IMG/VR virus record: IMGVR_UViG_3300012971_000060
Location: 1 to 31,448 of that record
Strand: one strand, 5' to 3'
Length of the DNA: 31,448 nt
Origin: a virus
Lineage: Duplodnaviria > Caudoviricetes
Both the position numbers and the translations under genes were made by a program. A model generated the notes under the pieces. The model was not told the DNA's origin and did no database searches. It saw nothing but the letters and a program-made list of their open reading frames with translations. Below are positions 30,374 to 31,448 of the stretch, in pieces. Each line of letters opens with the position of its first letter. Position 1 is the first letter of the stretch.

Positions 30374-31447
30374 TCAAGTGATAGCATCGCTTTCGTCCAT
30401 GTAGTCTTGCACATCCTGAAACATGGCATCCGCATCGGAGGAAAGAGTGACCTCGAATCGAATCGTAGGCCCATAATGATTACACAAATTCCTAAGCGTT
30501 AAGCCATGCGTTTCCGCACTGAACGCCGGCGCGTTCTTACATAGCGCTTGAAAATCCTCACCTCGGCCGGATCCATAATTCGTCCAATCCTCCGAACTGC
30601 AGCTGACCCCCTCTGACCACGCATCGAGATAGCCTGGATGCAATCCCTCGAGGAATTCGTCCATCAACTGGTCGAACTCAGGATTGCTGGCGCTTGACGC
30701 GTTATAACTGGTCTGAAAGGCGCCGGCTTCACAAGTGTTGCTGTCGGTATTGCTCGCGCTCTGATCCCTTCCACAGCAATGCTGACCGCTGGATTCGCGC
30801 ATTCCGCTTCCAAGCATGAAGGCGTAGAGATGCCGCAACGTATCGATCCCTGCTTCCTCGTTTGACATCCCTTCGTTCTCAAACTCATCGCGCCAAAGAT
30901 TTAACACGTCTTTTTCGGAATTAGTTCGCGCCTTGGCCATTTCGATAGCAGCGGGATGATTGACTAAGAGTTTTTTATAAGTCTGCGCGAACGACAGCGC
31001 CATGCCTTGAATGTATCCAGCCGGTGCAACGCCACGATCGGGCCAACTATAATCCGCAATCCGACTATCGTTGGCGATCCGCATGACCATCACCTGCTGC
31101 TCAGCGGTGAGCGCACCGGGTGGCGGTGGAGGCAGCGGTACCGGAAGCTTGTGACCATAAAGCGCTTCCCAAGTGAGCGGTCCACAAATACCGTCAGCTT
31201 CGAGCCCACGTGAACGTTGATACCGAACCACATTTTCATATGTAGTCGGACCAAAATCACCATCGAATTCACCCGTAAAGCGCGGAATCATGCGCTGCAT
31301 ATCGAGCACATCGTCGCCTTCATCGCCCTGCCGTAGCGTCGGTCGTTGATCGATAGGCACACTCCCAGGACGGTCTGGTAAAACTGGACGTGATGGCTTA
31401 ATGGGCGGCGGTTCAGTACCGATTGTAACTTCACCAACAACTCCTGC
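30374..31447 (-). CDS. Endolysin-like protein (5'-partial): peptidoglycan-binding domain plus putative lysozyme-like domain
   Basis: The frame stays open to the window edge (AGVVGEV...). LRQGDEGDDV...DGDFGPTT...YQ..RGL.ADGICGPLTW is a PG_binding_1 pattern; MRESSG...GAFQ resembles a lysozyme/transglycosylase catalytic motif. Confidence 0.75.
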   Translation of the reverse strand, partial: AGVVGEVTIGTEPPPIKPSRPVLPDRPGSVPIDQRPTLRQGDEGDDVLDMQRMIPRFTGEFDGDFGPTTYENVVRYQRSRGLEADGICGPLTWEALYGHKLPVPLPPPPPGALTAEQQVMVMRIANDSRIADYSWPDRGVAPAGYIQGMALSFAQTYKKLLVNHPAAIEMAKARTNSEKDVLNLWRDEFENEGMSNEEAGIDTLRHLYAFMLGSGMRESSGQHCCGRDQSASNTDSNTCEAGAFQTSYNASSASNPEFDQLMDEFLEGLHPGYLDAWSEGVSCSSEDWTNYGSGRGEDFQALCKNAPAFSAETHGLTLRNLCNHYGPTIRFEVTLSSDADAMFQDVQDYMDESDAIT

Positions 31448-31448
31448 T

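Overview
This window is the lysis and virion-morphogenesis module of a tailed dsDNA phage with a podovirus-like layout. The host is probably an Alphaproteobacterium, which is inferred from CtrA-like boxes. Almost all genes are on the minus strand. Reading right to left: endolysin (5'-truncated), membrane protein, Pro/Gly repeat protein, adenine MTase, small proteins, scaffold, major capsid protein split by a 686-nt group I intron carrying a LAGLIDADG endonuclease, adaptors, an antisense HNH endonuclease, collagen-like fibres, an EndoVII-type endonuclease, the tail tube/nozzle gene, three tandem paralogues, an Asp-box protein, and three large internal/ejection proteins (the last is LPD38-like and runs off the window). 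Three observations stand out. (1) The tail tube/nozzle gene has an in-frame CUU-UAG-CUU inside a hairpin, immediately after a free-standing endonuclease; this is a candidate minimal ribosomal stop-hop/bypass cassette reminiscent of T4 gene 60 plus MobA. (2) A recurrent TTAA-N7-TTAA (CtrA-like) box is coupled to hairpins that sequester ribosome binding sites ahead of structural genes. (3) The capsid intron's endonuclease ORF runs through the ribozyme core. All family calls come from motif recognition only; no searches were run.
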